Source: Candidatus Krumholzibacteriota bacterium (GTDB lineage Bacteria > Krumholzibacteriota > Krumholzibacteriia > JAJRXK01). From it: a DNA stretch of 64,000 nt. The stretch lies in the NCBI GenBank assembly GCA_963727455.1, contig CAVSGG010000003.1:164160-228159 (forward strand), given 5' to 3'. Position 1 is the first letter of the stretch. Every line of letters starts with the position of its first letter. Made by a program: the position numbers and the translations under genes. This document shows, piece after piece, positions 9,324-19,856 of the stretch. A model generated the notes under the pieces. The model had not been told where the DNA came from. It ran no database searches and saw only the letters and a list, made by a program, of their open reading frames with translations.

Positions 9324-11024
9324 TCAGAGAGTGGGGTGCTTCAAATTCCAACCGCTGGCCCGTTGGTAAGCGGTGGCCAGGGCCACGATGGCCCCTTCCT
9401 CATAATTGCGTCCCACGAAAGTGAAACTGAAGGGAGTGCCGTCGCTCTTGAAACCGTTGGGCACGACGACACAGGGATTGCCCGTGAGGTTCGTGTCCAA
9501 AAGGCTGCGACCGGCGAAGCTCGGACAGACGTAGCCGTCCAAATCTCCCAAGATCGTCTGATAGCGCTCTTGCAGGAGGGTGCGGGCCCGCTGCGCCTGC
9601 AAATACTGCACGGCGGGCAGGAGCTGCGCAGCGCGGAAAACATTGGGCCAGGCATCTTCGGCCTGCCGCACCATTTCGTCGTCGCGATTGTTCCGGGTGA
9701 GTTCGTCGAAGGCCGCCGCCGCTTCCGCCTCCAACACCACCAACATTTTGGCCACGGGCAAATCCGGAAGTTCGATGGGAGTGAGTTCGATCCCCAACTG
9801 GGCGAGAACCGCAAGCGCATCCTGGTCGAGCTTCGAGTTCTCATACTCACTCTCGAACGCGGCCTTGTTGAAGCCGAAGCGCAGGTCCTTCAGCTCGTCC
9901 AGCGAATACTGGCGCCAGGGCGCGCTGACCGCGTCGTGGTCCTTTCCGTCGGCGCCGTGGATGGCCGAGACCACCAAGGCCGTATCCTCCGCGTAGCGGC
10001 ACAGTGCCCCGATCTTGTCCATGGTCCACGAGAGCGCCATGCAGCCGGTGCGGGGAACGCGCCCGAAGGTGGGACGCAAGCCGGTGGCGCCACAGCGCGT
10101 GGCGGGGGAGACGATAGAACCCAGAGTCTCCGTCCCCAGAGCGAAGGGAAGTCCTCCGGCCGCCACCGCGGCCGCGCTTCCAGCGGAGGACCCACTGCTT
10201 CCCTGCTCGAGCTTCCAAGGGTTCTTAGTGGTTCCACCGAACCACACGTCTCCCCAGGCTAGCGCGCCCACACTGGTCTTGGCGACGAGGACCGCCCCGG
10301 CCTGGTCCAGGCGCTTTACCGCTTCGGCATCTTCGTCGAGAATCTGTTCGCGATAGGGGGCGCACCCCCAGGTGGTCGGGTATCCCTTCACCGCCAACAA
10401 GTCCTTCGCCCCCCAGGGTATGCCGTGCAGAGGTCCCCGATAGTGCCCGGCCGCGATTTCCTCGTCTGCCTTGGCCGCCTGCTCCATCGCCCGCTCCTCG
10501 GTGAAGCTAATCACGCAGAGTAATTTCTCGTTTAGTTTGCGCAGCCGATCCAAAAAGAAGCGGGTCAACTCGACACTCTTGATCTTGCGACTTCGCAGAA
10601 GATGCGACAGCTCGAAGAGGGAAGCGTATGCCAGTTTCTCCGGCAGAGGTCGCGCGAGAGAGGCTTTCGGGCCGTAGGGGTCGAGCGCCTTCGAGATGGC
10701 CTTGTAGTCGCGTTGTTCTGGGAGCGGCACGCGCGACACGGACTGCCGACTCAAAGGAAAGAAGCTGGTGGCCGGCTGCACCTCGTTGGCGAGCTGGAGC
10801 TTCTCCACCGCCTTCAAATCCGCCAGATGGTCTCGCACGCTCTTCAGCATCAGCTCGCGCTCGGACTCGGTGAACTGCAGTCCGGCGAGACGTTCGGCAC
10901 AGGCAATGGTATTTTCGTCGATCTCTGTGTCTTGCGCCTGAAGTAACTGGGGCATGAGCGCAAGTACGATGGAAGAGGCCGCGGCGCTGCCCAGGAACCG
11001 GCGACGGTCTAATGTTCTGCTCAT
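9324..11024 (-). CDS. Tat-exported amidase-signature (GatA-like) amidase
   Basis: Twin-arginine signal DRRRFLG; catalytic-triad motifs GAKD, GSSGSSAG, GTETLGSI. Confidence 0.9.
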   Translation of the reverse strand: MSRTLDRRRFLGSAAASSIVLALMPQLLQAQDTEIDENTIACAERLAGLQFTESERELMLKSVRDHLADLKAVEKLQLANEVQPATSFFPLSRQSVSRVPLPEQRDYKAISKALDPYGPKASLARPLPEKLAYASLFELSHLLRSRKIKSVELTRFFLDRLRKLNEKLLCVISFTEERAMEQAAKADEEIAAGHYRGPLHGIPWGAKDLLAVKGYPTTWGCAPYREQILDEDAEAVKRLDQAGAVLVAKTSVGALAWGDVWFGGTTKNPWKLEQGSSGSSAGSAAAVAAGGLPFALGTETLGSIVSPATRCGATGLRPTFGRVPRTGCMALSWTMDKIGALCRYAEDTALVVSAIHGADGKDHDAVSAPWRQYSLDELKDLRFGFNKAAFESEYENSKLDQDALAVLAQLGIELTPIELPDLPVAKMLVVLEAEAAAAFDELTRNNRDDEMVRQAEDAWPNVFRAAQLLPAVQYLQAQRARTLLQERYQTILGDLDGYVCPSFAGRSLLDTNLTGNPCVVVPNGFKSDGTPFSFTFVGRNYEEGAIVALATAYQRASGWNLKHPTL

Positions 11025-11194
11025 GGCGATGTTCTCCCCTCTGAAAGGACCTAGCCAGTATCCCTCATGATCCCCACTGCAGTCGCGGAAGAAATTGCAC
11101 GGACTCGACGGGGCGCGAGTTTGCGCCTATCCTGGGCTGCGATCTCGCGAGGAGAGACTGCCGAAACGAATTTGTTGCCGTAGAGAGTGGGACC

Positions 11195-11992
11195 ATGGCT
11201 CAGGAACGCCGCTACGTGAAGAGAGAGGGCGCGCCCCTCATGACCACGACCCTGTGGGATTACCGCTCGCAGAACTATCCAGGAAGACCTCAAGGTAACC
11301 CCGACTTCGCCGGGGCCACTCCCAGCTACATCATCTGGAACCTATTGCAACGCTATACCAAGCCCAAGTGGCTCGTAGTGGATCCCATGGCGGGAAGTGG
11401 AACCACCCTGGACGTGGCGCGCGATCTCTCGCGCCGCGCCCTGGGCTATGATTTGAAGCCCACGCGAAAGGACATCTTCCGCGCTGACGCAAGACACTTG
11501 CCCTTGGAGTCAGAAAAGGCGGATTTCGTCTTCCTGGACCCCCCCTACTCCACGCACTTGAAGTACAGCGAAGAGGAGGAGTGCATCGGGGAACTCGATG
11601 CTCGAGTCGGGCCCGAGTACTACGCCGCCATGGAAAGCGTGATGGCGGAAATTCACCGAATTTTGCGCCGTGATCGCTACATGGCGTTGTACGTGAGCGA
11701 CTCTGCGCGCAAGGGCAAGAGCTTCGTCCCTTTGGGCTTCGAACTCTTCCAGCGTCTGAGGCGTCACTTTCTGCCCGTGGACATCGTGGCCGTGGTTCGA
11801 CACAACCGCAGTCTCAAACGGAATCACTGGCACGAGAGCGCGGCGGAAGGCGGCTATTTTCTGCGGGGATTCAACTATCTGTTCATCATGAAGAAGGAGA
11901 TCGGCAAAAGGAAGTCAGGCCGGTCCGCCCGAAGCAGCTCGAGCAAACCGAAGTCCCGCGCCAAGTCACGCACCAAGACCCGGAAATCCTAG
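11195..11992 (+). CDS. SAM-dependent amino-methyltransferase (DNA N4/N6 or TRM11-like), orphan
   Basis: Motif I DPMAGSGTT precedes motif IV DPPY; basic K/R/S C-terminal tail; no adjacent endonuclease. Confidence 0.8.
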   Translation: MAQERRYVKREGAPLMTTTLWDYRSQNYPGRPQGNPDFAGATPSYIIWNLLQRYTKPKWLVVDPMAGSGTTLDVARDLSRRALGYDLKPTRKDIFRADARHLPLESEKADFVFLDPPYSTHLKYSEEEECIGELDARVGPEYYAAMESVMAEIHRILRRDRYMALYVSDSARKGKSFVPLGFELFQRLRRHFLPVDIVAVVRHNRSLKRNHWHESAAEGGYFLRGFNYLFIMKKEIGKRKSGRSARSSSSKPKSRAKSRTKTRKS

Positions 11993-12009
11993 TCCATGGG
12001 AGTCACGTT

Positions 12010-12582
12010 TTGAGCCTCGCACCCTGGAACATCCACCGCGACGAAACCCTCGCCGACATGGGAATTTTTCAGCTGCACTCGGTGCGCGCGGAAAATCCGC
12101 GTACCGGCAAGCTGCGCGATCTCGCACTCGTCTCGACTCGCGACTGGGTGAACGTCGTCCCTCTCACCCAGAAGCGGGAAGTGGTGCTGGTCAGGCAATG
12201 GCGGCACGGAACGCGTTCGATGACCTTGGAAATTCCAGGGGGTTTGGTCGATCTCGGCGAGGAACCGGTGGCGGCAGCCGCTCGCGAGGTACGCGAGGAG
12301 ACCGGCTTTGCGGGGCAGGATCCCGTGCAGCTGGGAGTGGTGCAGCCCAATCCGGCTTTCCTGAACAATCTCTGCTACACCTATCTCATCGAGGGCTGCC
12401 GGAAAGTGGGAGAGCTGCAGCTCGATGACGGGGAAGATATCGAGGTCGTGCGCGTGCCTCTGGCCGAGATTCCCCGGCTCGTCGCCGAGGGAACGATTCA
12501 GCACGCTCTGGTGATCTGTGGATTTTACTGGCTGCGCCGCAAACGCCCCGAGCTCTTCGACGGCCGCGGGGAAATCAGTTGA
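12010..12582 (+). CDS. Nudix hydrolase (ADP-ribose pyrophosphatase-like)
   Basis: Nudix box GLVDLGEEPVAAAAREVREETG; VLVRQWRHG, LEIPGG. Confidence 0.9.
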   Translation: MSLAPWNIHRDETLADMGIFQLHSVRAENPRTGKLRDLALVSTRDWVNVVPLTQKREVVLVRQWRHGTRSMTLEIPGGLVDLGEEPVAAAAREVREETGFAGQDPVQLGVVQPNPAFLNNLCYTYLIEGCRKVGELQLDDGEDIEVVRVPLAEIPRLVAEGTIQHALVICGFYWLRRKRPELFDGRGEIS

Positions 12583-13030
12583 TCCGTGTGGCGAAAATGT
12601 AGAGTAAAGCCAAGGCGGCCAGAAGCGCGACCCCTCCCAGAACCATGATCGCAGCTTGCAAAGGACGCTGCTCGTCTCCGGACGCTCGCGCGATGATCAG
12701 AGCCGCCACCACCACGACGACTGAAACGACCACCACCGCCAAGGGCAGCATCTGTTGCGCGTGGGGAATCACCCCACTCTGCAGGCCGAACACGGCCAGG
12801 CCGACGAGGAGAATCGCGGTGACCATGAGAGCAATGGTCACTGCTCCCCAGTTCGCACGGGGGTTGGATCGCGTCGAAATGCTCGCCAGGCGGAGAGCCG
12901 CCCACACCTCCCGCTCGCTCGCATCGGGGTGCTCTTTTTTGAAGTCCTGGATCTGGGCGATGAGGCTCTGAGCGAGTTCCCGTGCACGCGGAGACGCAGG
13001 GGGCAAAGAAGCGGGCGGGATGAAAGTCAT
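12575..13030 (-). CDS. Hypothetical membrane protein (3 predicted TM helices)
   Basis: Three hydrophobic segments after a soluble N-terminus; GGAGG SD upstream; fills the gap between genes. Confidence 0.6.
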   Translation of the reverse strand: MTFIPPASLPPASPRARELAQSLIAQIQDFKKEHPDASEREVWAALRLASISTRSNPRANWGAVTIALMVTAILLVGLAVFGLQSGVIPHAQQMLPLAVVVVSVVVVVAALIIARASGDEQRPLQAAIMVLGGVALLAALALLYIFATRIN

Positions 13031-13166
13031 GACCGGAACCTCCCGGGCCTGAGTTCATGCTCTTGACCTTACAGCAGCTCGGGAGGAAGGCAACCGTTGG
13101 GGCGGATCCGGCTCGGAGAGCCGCATCCAGTTTCCCGACACGCAATGCCGCAGGCGCGTCGCACGA

Positions 13167-14705
13167 CTAGGGCGCCTTCACCGCTCCCAAGTCCCAGGCC
13201 GTACCCTCCCGCGTCTGCCGCAGAATGTCCCAGCCACGATCGGTCACGCCCGGATCCCAGTTGGGGTGCTGGGCGTAGCTGAAGGCCGAGATTCCCGCGC
13301 CCTTGGCGGGCGACTGCGCGGAGAGCGCAAAGTCGCGCGCAATCTCCAGCACGCGATCGCTTCTCAGGACCGCGGTGCTGGGAACTCGCGGGGAACTCAG
13401 TCCGGCCGCCGCGCCCAAGACTCCGTGAGCCTCGGCGCTCAAGTCGAGGTCGCTGCTGGCGACGTTGCCATCGCTGAGATTGTAGTCGTGGCTCACGCCG
13501 TCGGCACCGCCCTCGCGCACCCAGATCAGCCGGCCGTCGCCAGAAGCCGAGGGTTGATTCGATTGGAAGATGTTATTGAAGATCCAGCAGCTGCCGACGG
13601 GCACGCGGTTGCCACGCAGTTCGAGGACCGCCCGCAGCTGCGCTCCGCTGTTGCCCCAGAAGGTGTTGTTGTAGACCCAAACATCGTCGCTGTTCATGAC
13701 GGCCAGTGCCGCATCGCCCTTGCATCCAACGAAGATGTTGTTGCGGACGATGGCGCCGCGCACCACGGGCTGGCCGGGATCGGGAATCCCGGCCTCCTCG
13801 GTGCCGATCCCCACCGCCGCGTTCCCACAACCGCCACCCGCCGAGGGGCCGAAGACATTGTTCTCGTAGAGCACGTTTTCGCAGTTGATCTTGGAATACA
13901 GGAGCCAATCGCCCCCGTGGTCGGTGGTGTGAAAGAGCCAGCATCCCCGAATCACGACATTACGGATTTCCGCGTCACTCGTTCCGTCGAGTCCCCTACC
14001 GAAGATGTCGATGTTCTCCTGGTACCACGCTCCGTTGCCGCAGGGGTCGATCGAGGGATCGCGCTGGCCGGGATTGAAGGCCACTACGTTTTCGATCAAC
14101 AGGCCGTCGACCACCCCGGACACCTTGATGAGGTCGCAGTCGTTGGGTGCATCGTAGATCACGCAGTTATGAATTTCGCAACCGCTCGCATCCAACACGC
14201 GCACCAGACCATCGCCCTGGGGCCCCTGGTTCCAGTCGCCCCGGATCTCGAAGCCATCGATGGCCGCCCCCTGAACCTGCTCCAAGCGCACCGCGCTGCG
14301 GTCTTTCGAGTAGATGGACGCGGCCAGCGGACCGTCGGCGGAGATGACGCGCACCCCCGATTTCATATAGATGAAGTTCTCCTCGTACTCGCCGGCCTTG
14401 ACCATGACCGCCATTCCGGCCTCGCTCTGATTCACTCCCTTTTGGATGGTGCGACAGGGATGATCGGGATCGCCACAATCGGAGGTATCGCTGCCGTTGA
14501 CGGAGACGTAGATCGAGGGTCCGCTCCAGTCGCTGCCGCCAGTGCCCGAGCCGTCACCGCCGGGGTTGGGATCCTCGGTGGGGATGTTCAGATCAGGCGA
14601 AGTCGCAGTGGGAGTAGCCTGATTGCCGCAAGCGATCAGGGTCGACAGCGAGAGAGCGAAGACGATCGAGAACATGAGATACGTCTGGGTACGGGTGGTC
14701 ATCAT
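13167..14705 (-). CDS. Lipoprotein with right-handed parallel beta-helix (pectin-lyase-like)
   Basis: Lipobox LIAC; IYVSVNGSD...PCRTIQKG start; repeated IxNNxF turns; C-terminal DFALSAQSPA...WDLGA (choice-of-anchor Q-like). Confidence 0.8.
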   Translation of the reverse strand: MMTTRTQTYLMFSIVFALSLSTLIACGNQATPTATSPDLNIPTEDPNPGGDGSGTGGSDWSGPSIYVSVNGSDTSDCGDPDHPCRTIQKGVNQSEAGMAVMVKAGEYEENFIYMKSGVRVISADGPLAASIYSKDRSAVRLEQVQGAAIDGFEIRGDWNQGPQGDGLVRVLDASGCEIHNCVIYDAPNDCDLIKVSGVVDGLLIENVVAFNPGQRDPSIDPCGNGAWYQENIDIFGRGLDGTSDAEIRNVVIRGCWLFHTTDHGGDWLLYSKINCENVLYENNVFGPSAGGGCGNAAVGIGTEEAGIPDPGQPVVRGAIVRNNIFVGCKGDAALAVMNSDDVWVYNNTFWGNSGAQLRAVLELRGNRVPVGSCWIFNNIFQSNQPSASGDGRLIWVREGGADGVSHDYNLSDGNVASSDLDLSAEAHGVLGAAAGLSSPRVPSTAVLRSDRVLEIARDFALSAQSPAKGAGISAFSYAQHPNWDPGVTDRGWDILRQTREGTAWDLGAVKAP

Positions 14706-14793
14706 GCACCGTCACGGAAGGGAAGACAAGCAGCGTGAATATCCGCGACAGTGGGACAGCACGTTTGATGCCATCTCAAAGCAGGGAGCCGAA

Positions 14794-16284
14794 TCAGCCC
14801 CCGAGCAGCCAGTGCATCGAGGCGTCCGCGAAGGCCTTCACCGGGCTCCAGTAGAGCCCCAGGACCAAGGTCGGCACGGCGAGAACCACCAGAAGCACCA
14901 TGTGAACCGGCGAAAGCCCCAAGCCTCCCTCGTCTTCGGAGTGTTCGAAGAACATGGCTTTGACGATACGCATGTAGTAGTAAAGGCTGACCACGCTGTT
15001 GAGGACCGCGATGAACGCCAACCAACCCATCTGCCCGTCGATCGCCGCCGCGAAGAGGTAGAACTTGGCGATGAATCCGATGGTGGGCGGAATCCCCGCG
15101 AGCGACAACAAGAAGACCACCATGATGACCGCGAGAAGGGGCTCGCGGAAGCCGATACCCCGGTACTCGTCGATGTCCTCGCTGCCCAAGCGGTTGTTGA
15201 GCGCGATCACGACCAAAAAAGCGCCCAGGTTCATGATCGCGTAGGCGATGAGGTAGAAGAGAATGGCGGCCAGACCCGCTTCGCTCAAGAGCACGAAACC
15301 GATGAGCAAGTATCCGACGTGTGCGATGGAGGAATAGGCCAGAAGCCTCTTTACGTTCCTCTGACGAATCGCGGCCAGGTTTCCCCAAGTCATGGTGATT
15401 ACGCTCAAGAACGCCAGAAGCCACGGCCACTGGATGCTCGAGAGCGCCGCCATGGTGCCCGCACCGTCCGACTGCACCAGGGCGGTGTAGAAGAAACGAA
15501 TGAGCAGAGCGAATCCGGCCGCCTTGGGTCCGGCCGCGAAGATCGCGGCCACCGGGGTGGGCGCGCCTTCGTAGACGTCAGGGGTCCAGAAGTGGAAGGG
15601 CACCGCGGAGATCTTGTAACCGATTCCGGCCAGGATGAAAACGCAGGCCGTGAGAGTTGCCAGTTCGTTGCCACCGAACACCAGTCTGTCGTGCAATCCG
15701 GAAAAGGACATCGCGCCGCTCAGACCATAGAGGATGGAGGCCCCGTAGAGCATTAGGCCGCTGCTCACCGCGCCCCAGAGTACGTACTTCAAGGAGGCCT
15801 CCGAGGAGCGGAGGCTCATGCGGGCGTAGCCGGCCAGAATGTAGCTCGTGATCGAAACCAGCTCGATCGACAGCACCAGCATGACGAGATTGTTCGCTTC
15901 GGCCATGACCATCATGCCAAAGCAGAGCACCGCCAAATAGGCGTAGTACTCGCCCTTGTTTTCGCGGTCTTTGCCCATGATTTCACGGCTGCTGAAGCTG
16001 AACACGGCCACGATGAGGGTGACGGCCAAGAAGAGCACGCGGAAGAACTGCGCGAAGGGGTCGACCACGATCATGGTCCCCATGATGTCGTGCGCCGCCC
16101 GAGGAGGATTGGCCACCGCCATGGCGAGCGCGACCACCGTGCCCAGAATGAGAACGCTCAGCGTTACCCCATGACGGCGCTCGCGCGTCAACAAGTCCGT
16201 CAGCAAGCAGGCCACGAAGCTCAGGGCCATGATTGCCTCCGGCCAGAAGTATGCCGCATCAAGCCAGTTGAAACTCACCGTCAT
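14794..16284 (-). CDS. nuoN: NADH-quinone oxidoreductase subunit N
   Basis: EASLKY, YKISAVPFHFWTPDVYEGAPTP, KRLLAYSSIAH. Confidence 0.96.
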   Translation of the reverse strand: MTVSFNWLDAAYFWPEAIMALSFVACLLTDLLTRERRHGVTLSVLILGTVVALAMAVANPPRAAHDIMGTMIVVDPFAQFFRVLFLAVTLIVAVFSFSSREIMGKDRENKGEYYAYLAVLCFGMMVMAEANNLVMLVLSIELVSITSYILAGYARMSLRSSEASLKYVLWGAVSSGLMLYGASILYGLSGAMSFSGLHDRLVFGGNELATLTACVFILAGIGYKISAVPFHFWTPDVYEGAPTPVAAIFAAGPKAAGFALLIRFFYTALVQSDGAGTMAALSSIQWPWLLAFLSVITMTWGNLAAIRQRNVKRLLAYSSIAHVGYLLIGFVLLSEAGLAAILFYLIAYAIMNLGAFLVVIALNNRLGSEDIDEYRGIGFREPLLAVIMVVFLLSLAGIPPTIGFIAKFYLFAAAIDGQMGWLAFIAVLNSVVSLYYYMRIVKAMFFEHSEDEGGLGLSPVHMVLLVVLAVPTLVLGLYWSPVKAFADASMHWLLGG

Positions 16285-16287
16285 CTC

Positions 16288-17799
16288 CTAGCCAGGAATC
16301 ATCCCGATGAGGGTGATGAGCGAAGTCTTGACCATGTTGATGAAGGGCGCCGGATAGACCCCGATGAAGATCACGATGGCCGCCAAGGGGATCACCGTCG
16401 CCAGCTCGCGGGCGTTGATGTCCGGAATGTCGACGTACTTCTCGTTGAGAGGACCCAAGAAGACTCTCTGCAGCATCCATAGCACGTAAGTGGCGCCGAT
16501 GATGATTCCCACCGCGCTCACCATGGTCACCACGCGGTAGACGGGGAAAGCGCCCAAGAACACCAGGGCCTCACCCACGAAGCCGCTGAGACCCGGCAGG
16601 CCCAGGGCCGCGAACAGAGCCAGGCTGAACACGGTGGTGTAGCGTGGCATGACCGAGCCCAGACCACCGAAGCCGTTGATCTCACGATGGTGGGCACGAT
16701 CATAGATGACGCCCACCATGAGGAAGAGCATGGCCGTGATCGTACCGTGGTTGAACATCTGCAGCATGGCCCCGGTGATACCGGCCTCGTTGAACACCGC
16801 CATTCCCAAGAGCACGTATCCCATGTGACTCACCGAGGAATAGGCCACGAGCTTCTTCATGTCCTTTTGCGCCAAGGCGCAGAAGGCCCCGTAGATGATG
16901 TTGATCGCCCCCAGAATGGCCAGGGGAAGGGCGAACCAGCGCACCGCGTCGGGCAGAATGGGATAGCAGATCCGCAGCATGCCGTAGGTGCCCATCTTCA
17001 GGAGCACCCCGGCGAGGATCACGCTCACCGCGGTGGGCGCCTCGACGTGCGCGTCGGGCAACCAGGTGTGGAAGGGGAAGATCGGCACCTTCACCGCAAA
17101 GCCAATGAAGAGGAACATGAAGATCAAGTGGCGCACGTTCACGTTCAAAAGCCACGCGCCGTGGTTCACCTGGTTCATCATGTAGAGCATGTTGAAGGTG
17201 TGCTGCCCGGTATTTGGATCGCGCACGTTGAGGTAGAGCGCGATCATGGCGAGCAACATCAAGACGGACCCCGCCAGGGTATACAGGAAGAACTTGATTG
17301 CCGCGTATTCGCGCCGCGGTCCGCCCCAGATACCGATGAGGAAGTACATCGGAAGCAGCATTACTTCCCAGAACACGTAGAAGAGGAAGAAGTCGAGCGC
17401 GACGAACACGCCCAACATGCCGGTTTCCAACATGAGGAAGAGGGCGAAGTAACCCTTGGTCGCCTTCTCGATCTTCCAGCTCGCTCCGATGCACAAAAAC
17501 GACAGAAGTGCGGTGAGCAGAACCATCGCCACCGAGATACCGTCCACCCCCACGAAGTAATCGATGTTGAAGCCGCGGATCCAGGGAGTCTTCTGCCAGA
17601 ACTGAATGGCGGAGGTTCCCCGGTCGAAGCTGAACAAGAGCTGGAATGCGAGAGCGAGTGGGATGGCAGCGGTCACCAAAGCCGTCCATCGATGCGCCGT
17701 CTTGTTGTTCGACGGCAGCATCACCAGGATGGCCGCGCCCAGAAGCGGCACGAATGTCATCCAGGTCAACAGCGCGCTGGGGTTCGCGAGTTCGGTCAT
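16288..17799 (-). CDS. nuoM: NADH-quinone oxidoreductase subunit M
   Basis: FWEVMLLPMYFLIG, KVPIFPFHTWLPDAHVEAP, KKLVAYSSVSHMG. Confidence 0.96.
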   Translation of the reverse strand: MTELANPSALLTWMTFVPLLGAAILVMLPSNNKTAHRWTALVTAAIPLALAFQLLFSFDRGTSAIQFWQKTPWIRGFNIDYFVGVDGISVAMVLLTALLSFLCIGASWKIEKATKGYFALFLMLETGMLGVFVALDFFLFYVFWEVMLLPMYFLIGIWGGPRREYAAIKFFLYTLAGSVLMLLAMIALYLNVRDPNTGQHTFNMLYMMNQVNHGAWLLNVNVRHLIFMFLFIGFAVKVPIFPFHTWLPDAHVEAPTAVSVILAGVLLKMGTYGMLRICYPILPDAVRWFALPLAILGAINIIYGAFCALAQKDMKKLVAYSSVSHMGYVLLGMAVFNEAGITGAMLQMFNHGTITAMLFLMVGVIYDRAHHREINGFGGLGSVMPRYTTVFSLALFAALGLPGLSGFVGEALVFLGAFPVYRVVTMVSAVGIIIGATYVLWMLQRVFLGPLNEKYVDIPDINARELATVIPLAAIVIFIGVYPAPFINMVKTSLITLIGMIPG

Positions 17800-17856
17800 C
17801 GGTCGAGTGCTCCTTCATGGGTGGACGGCGCTGCCGTCCGGTTCAGCCGCGTCCTG

Positions 17857-19845
17857 CTACGAGGGCCACGCCACTCGATACACGAGAATGAGGATTACCA
17901 GCCCAGAGATCAGGCCGAGCAAATAGGTTTGGATCCGTCCGGTCTGCAGTCCCCGCAGCGCGCTGCCGAAGCTGCGCAGCAGCTCGCCCGTGCCGTTCAC
18001 CAGACCGTCGACGACGGCATTGTCGAAGGCGCCGACGAGCCATCCGATCGCCCGCGTAAAGTAGCCCGTGCCGTTCACGATGCCGTCGATGATCAGTTTG
18101 TCGAAGCCGGCGATGACCGAAGCCTTCGCCAGGGTTCCGCGAATGATGGTGTCGCGGTAGATCTCGTCGAACCAATACTTGTTCCACAGCAAGCGGTAGG
18201 CCCCGGGGAATGCGCGCTGCACGCGGGCGCTGTCGATCAGCTTCGCCTGGTAGGTCAACCAGGAGAAGAGAATCCCGAGACCGGCGATGGTGAGCGAGGA
18301 CCACATCGCAATGATGTGGGCGCTGTGATGGACTCCGTGCTCCGCCGCTTCGTGCGCTCCGGGATTGGTCACGAAACGGTGGAACCAAGCGGATCCCTGC
18401 GCGGTGAGTCCACCGGCGATCACGGCCAGAGTTGCGAGCACGATCAAGGGGATCGTCATGTTCAGGCCCACTTCGTGCGCGTGGTCGAATTTCTCCTGGT
18501 TCCGCGGCTTTCCGGTGAAGGTCATGAAGACGATCCGGAACATGTAGAACGAAGTGAAGCCCGCCGCGAGCAGCGACATCGCGAAGGGAAGCCAGTGAAC
18601 CGGATGTTCCATCCCGAAGGCGAGAGCCGCGGCCAGGATGGCGTCCTTGGAGTAGAAGCCGGAGAACGGGGGCACCCCGGAGATGGCCAGGGTGGCCAAG
18701 AGGAAGGTGATGAAGGTGATGGGCAGCTTCTTGCGGAGGCCCCCCATCTCGCGCATGTCCTGCTCGTGGTGCATGGCCTGAATGACCGCGCCGCTGCCCA
18801 AAAAGAGCAGTCCCTTGAAGAAGGCGTGGGTGGTCAAATGGAACATCCCCGCGAACACGCCGCCCACGCCCACCGCCATCACCATGTATCCCAGCTGGCT
18901 TATGGTGGAGTAGGCTAGGCCGCGTTTGATGTCGGTCTGCACCACCGCCACCGTCGCCGCCCCCAAGGCGGTGATCGCGCCCACGTACATGATGAAGAGC
19001 AGCGCGTCGGGGGTGAACAGGGGAAAGAGCCGCGCAATCATGTAGACGCCAGCGGCCACCATGGTGGCGGCATGGATGAGCGCGGAGACCGGAGTGGGGC
19101 CCTCCATGGCGTCGGGCAGCCAGATGTGCAGCGGAACCTGCGCGCTCTTGCCGATGCAGCCCATGAAGAGCAGGACCCCGGCCGCAGTCAGAAGCCCTCC
19201 CGAAAGCGCTCCGCTGTGCACACTCTCGAAGATGTGGGTGTAGCCGAAGCTGCCGGTGGCGGTGAAGAAGATCAGGATGCCCAGCCAGAATCCATAGTCC
19301 CCCACCCGGTTGACGAGAAAGGCCTTCTTGCCCGCATTGGCCGCCGAGGGTTTCTTGAAAAAGAAGCCGATGAGGAGGTAGCTGGCCAGACCTACCAGTT
19401 CCCAGAAGATGTACAGGAAGAACACGTTGTTGCTGAGCACGATGCCCAGCATGGCGAAGGTGAACCAGCCCAAGAAGGCGAAGTACCGCGCGTAGCGTTC
19501 ATCACCTTTCATGTATCCCATCGAGAAGACATGCACCCAGAAGGATATGGTGGTGACCACCACTAGCATGATCGCGGTCATTCCATCGACCAGAATACCC
19601 GCGTTCACGTGGAAGCGCGCGATGTTGAACCAGGTCCAGCTAGCTTCGATCTTGTAGGCCGGATCATCCAGCGCCCAGAAGTGAAAAAAGATGCGCAGCG
19701 AGAGAATCCAGGCGATTGCGAGCGCGGTCACTCCGATGAAATCACCGCGACGCGGCAGCCTCTCCCCGAAGAAAAAGGTGAGAACGTAGCTGAGCAGCGG
19801 GAGCCCCAGGATGACGAGCGCCATTGTAATGATGTTTTGGTCCAC
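17857..19845 (-). CDS. nuoL: NADH-quinone oxidoreductase subunit L
   Basis: GKSAQVPLHIWLPDAMEGPTPVSALIHAATMV, HAFFK, QTGRIQTY. Confidence 0.96.
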   Translation of the reverse strand: MDQNIITMALVILGLPLLSYVLTFFFGERLPRRGDFIGVTALAIAWILSLRIFFHFWALDDPAYKIEASWTWFNIARFHVNAGILVDGMTAIMLVVVTTISFWVHVFSMGYMKGDERYARYFAFLGWFTFAMLGIVLSNNVFFLYIFWELVGLASYLLIGFFFKKPSAANAGKKAFLVNRVGDYGFWLGILIFFTATGSFGYTHIFESVHSGALSGGLLTAAGVLLFMGCIGKSAQVPLHIWLPDAMEGPTPVSALIHAATMVAAGVYMIARLFPLFTPDALLFIMYVGAITALGAATVAVVQTDIKRGLAYSTISQLGYMVMAVGVGGVFAGMFHLTTHAFFKGLLFLGSGAVIQAMHHEQDMREMGGLRKKLPITFITFLLATLAISGVPPFSGFYSKDAILAAALAFGMEHPVHWLPFAMSLLAAGFTSFYMFRIVFMTFTGKPRNQEKFDHAHEVGLNMTIPLIVLATLAVIAGGLTAQGSAWFHRFVTNPGAHEAAEHGVHHSAHIIAMWSSLTIAGLGILFSWLTYQAKLIDSARVQRAFPGAYRLLWNKYWFDEIYRDTIIRGTLAKASVIAGFDKLIIDGIVNGTGYFTRAIGWLVGAFDNAVVDGLVNGTGELLRSFGSALRGLQTGRIQTYLLGLISGLVILILVYRVAWPS

Positions 19846-19856
19846 GGCCTGCGCCC

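Noticed and set aside
16687-18918. 743-aa ORF on the + strand, and similar long ORFs at 6401-8161, 13266-14738, 27114-28628, 43713-45512 and 52029-53399
   Set aside because: They are antisense shadows of well-supported genes, expected from high-GC codon bias, and carry no recognisable motifs.
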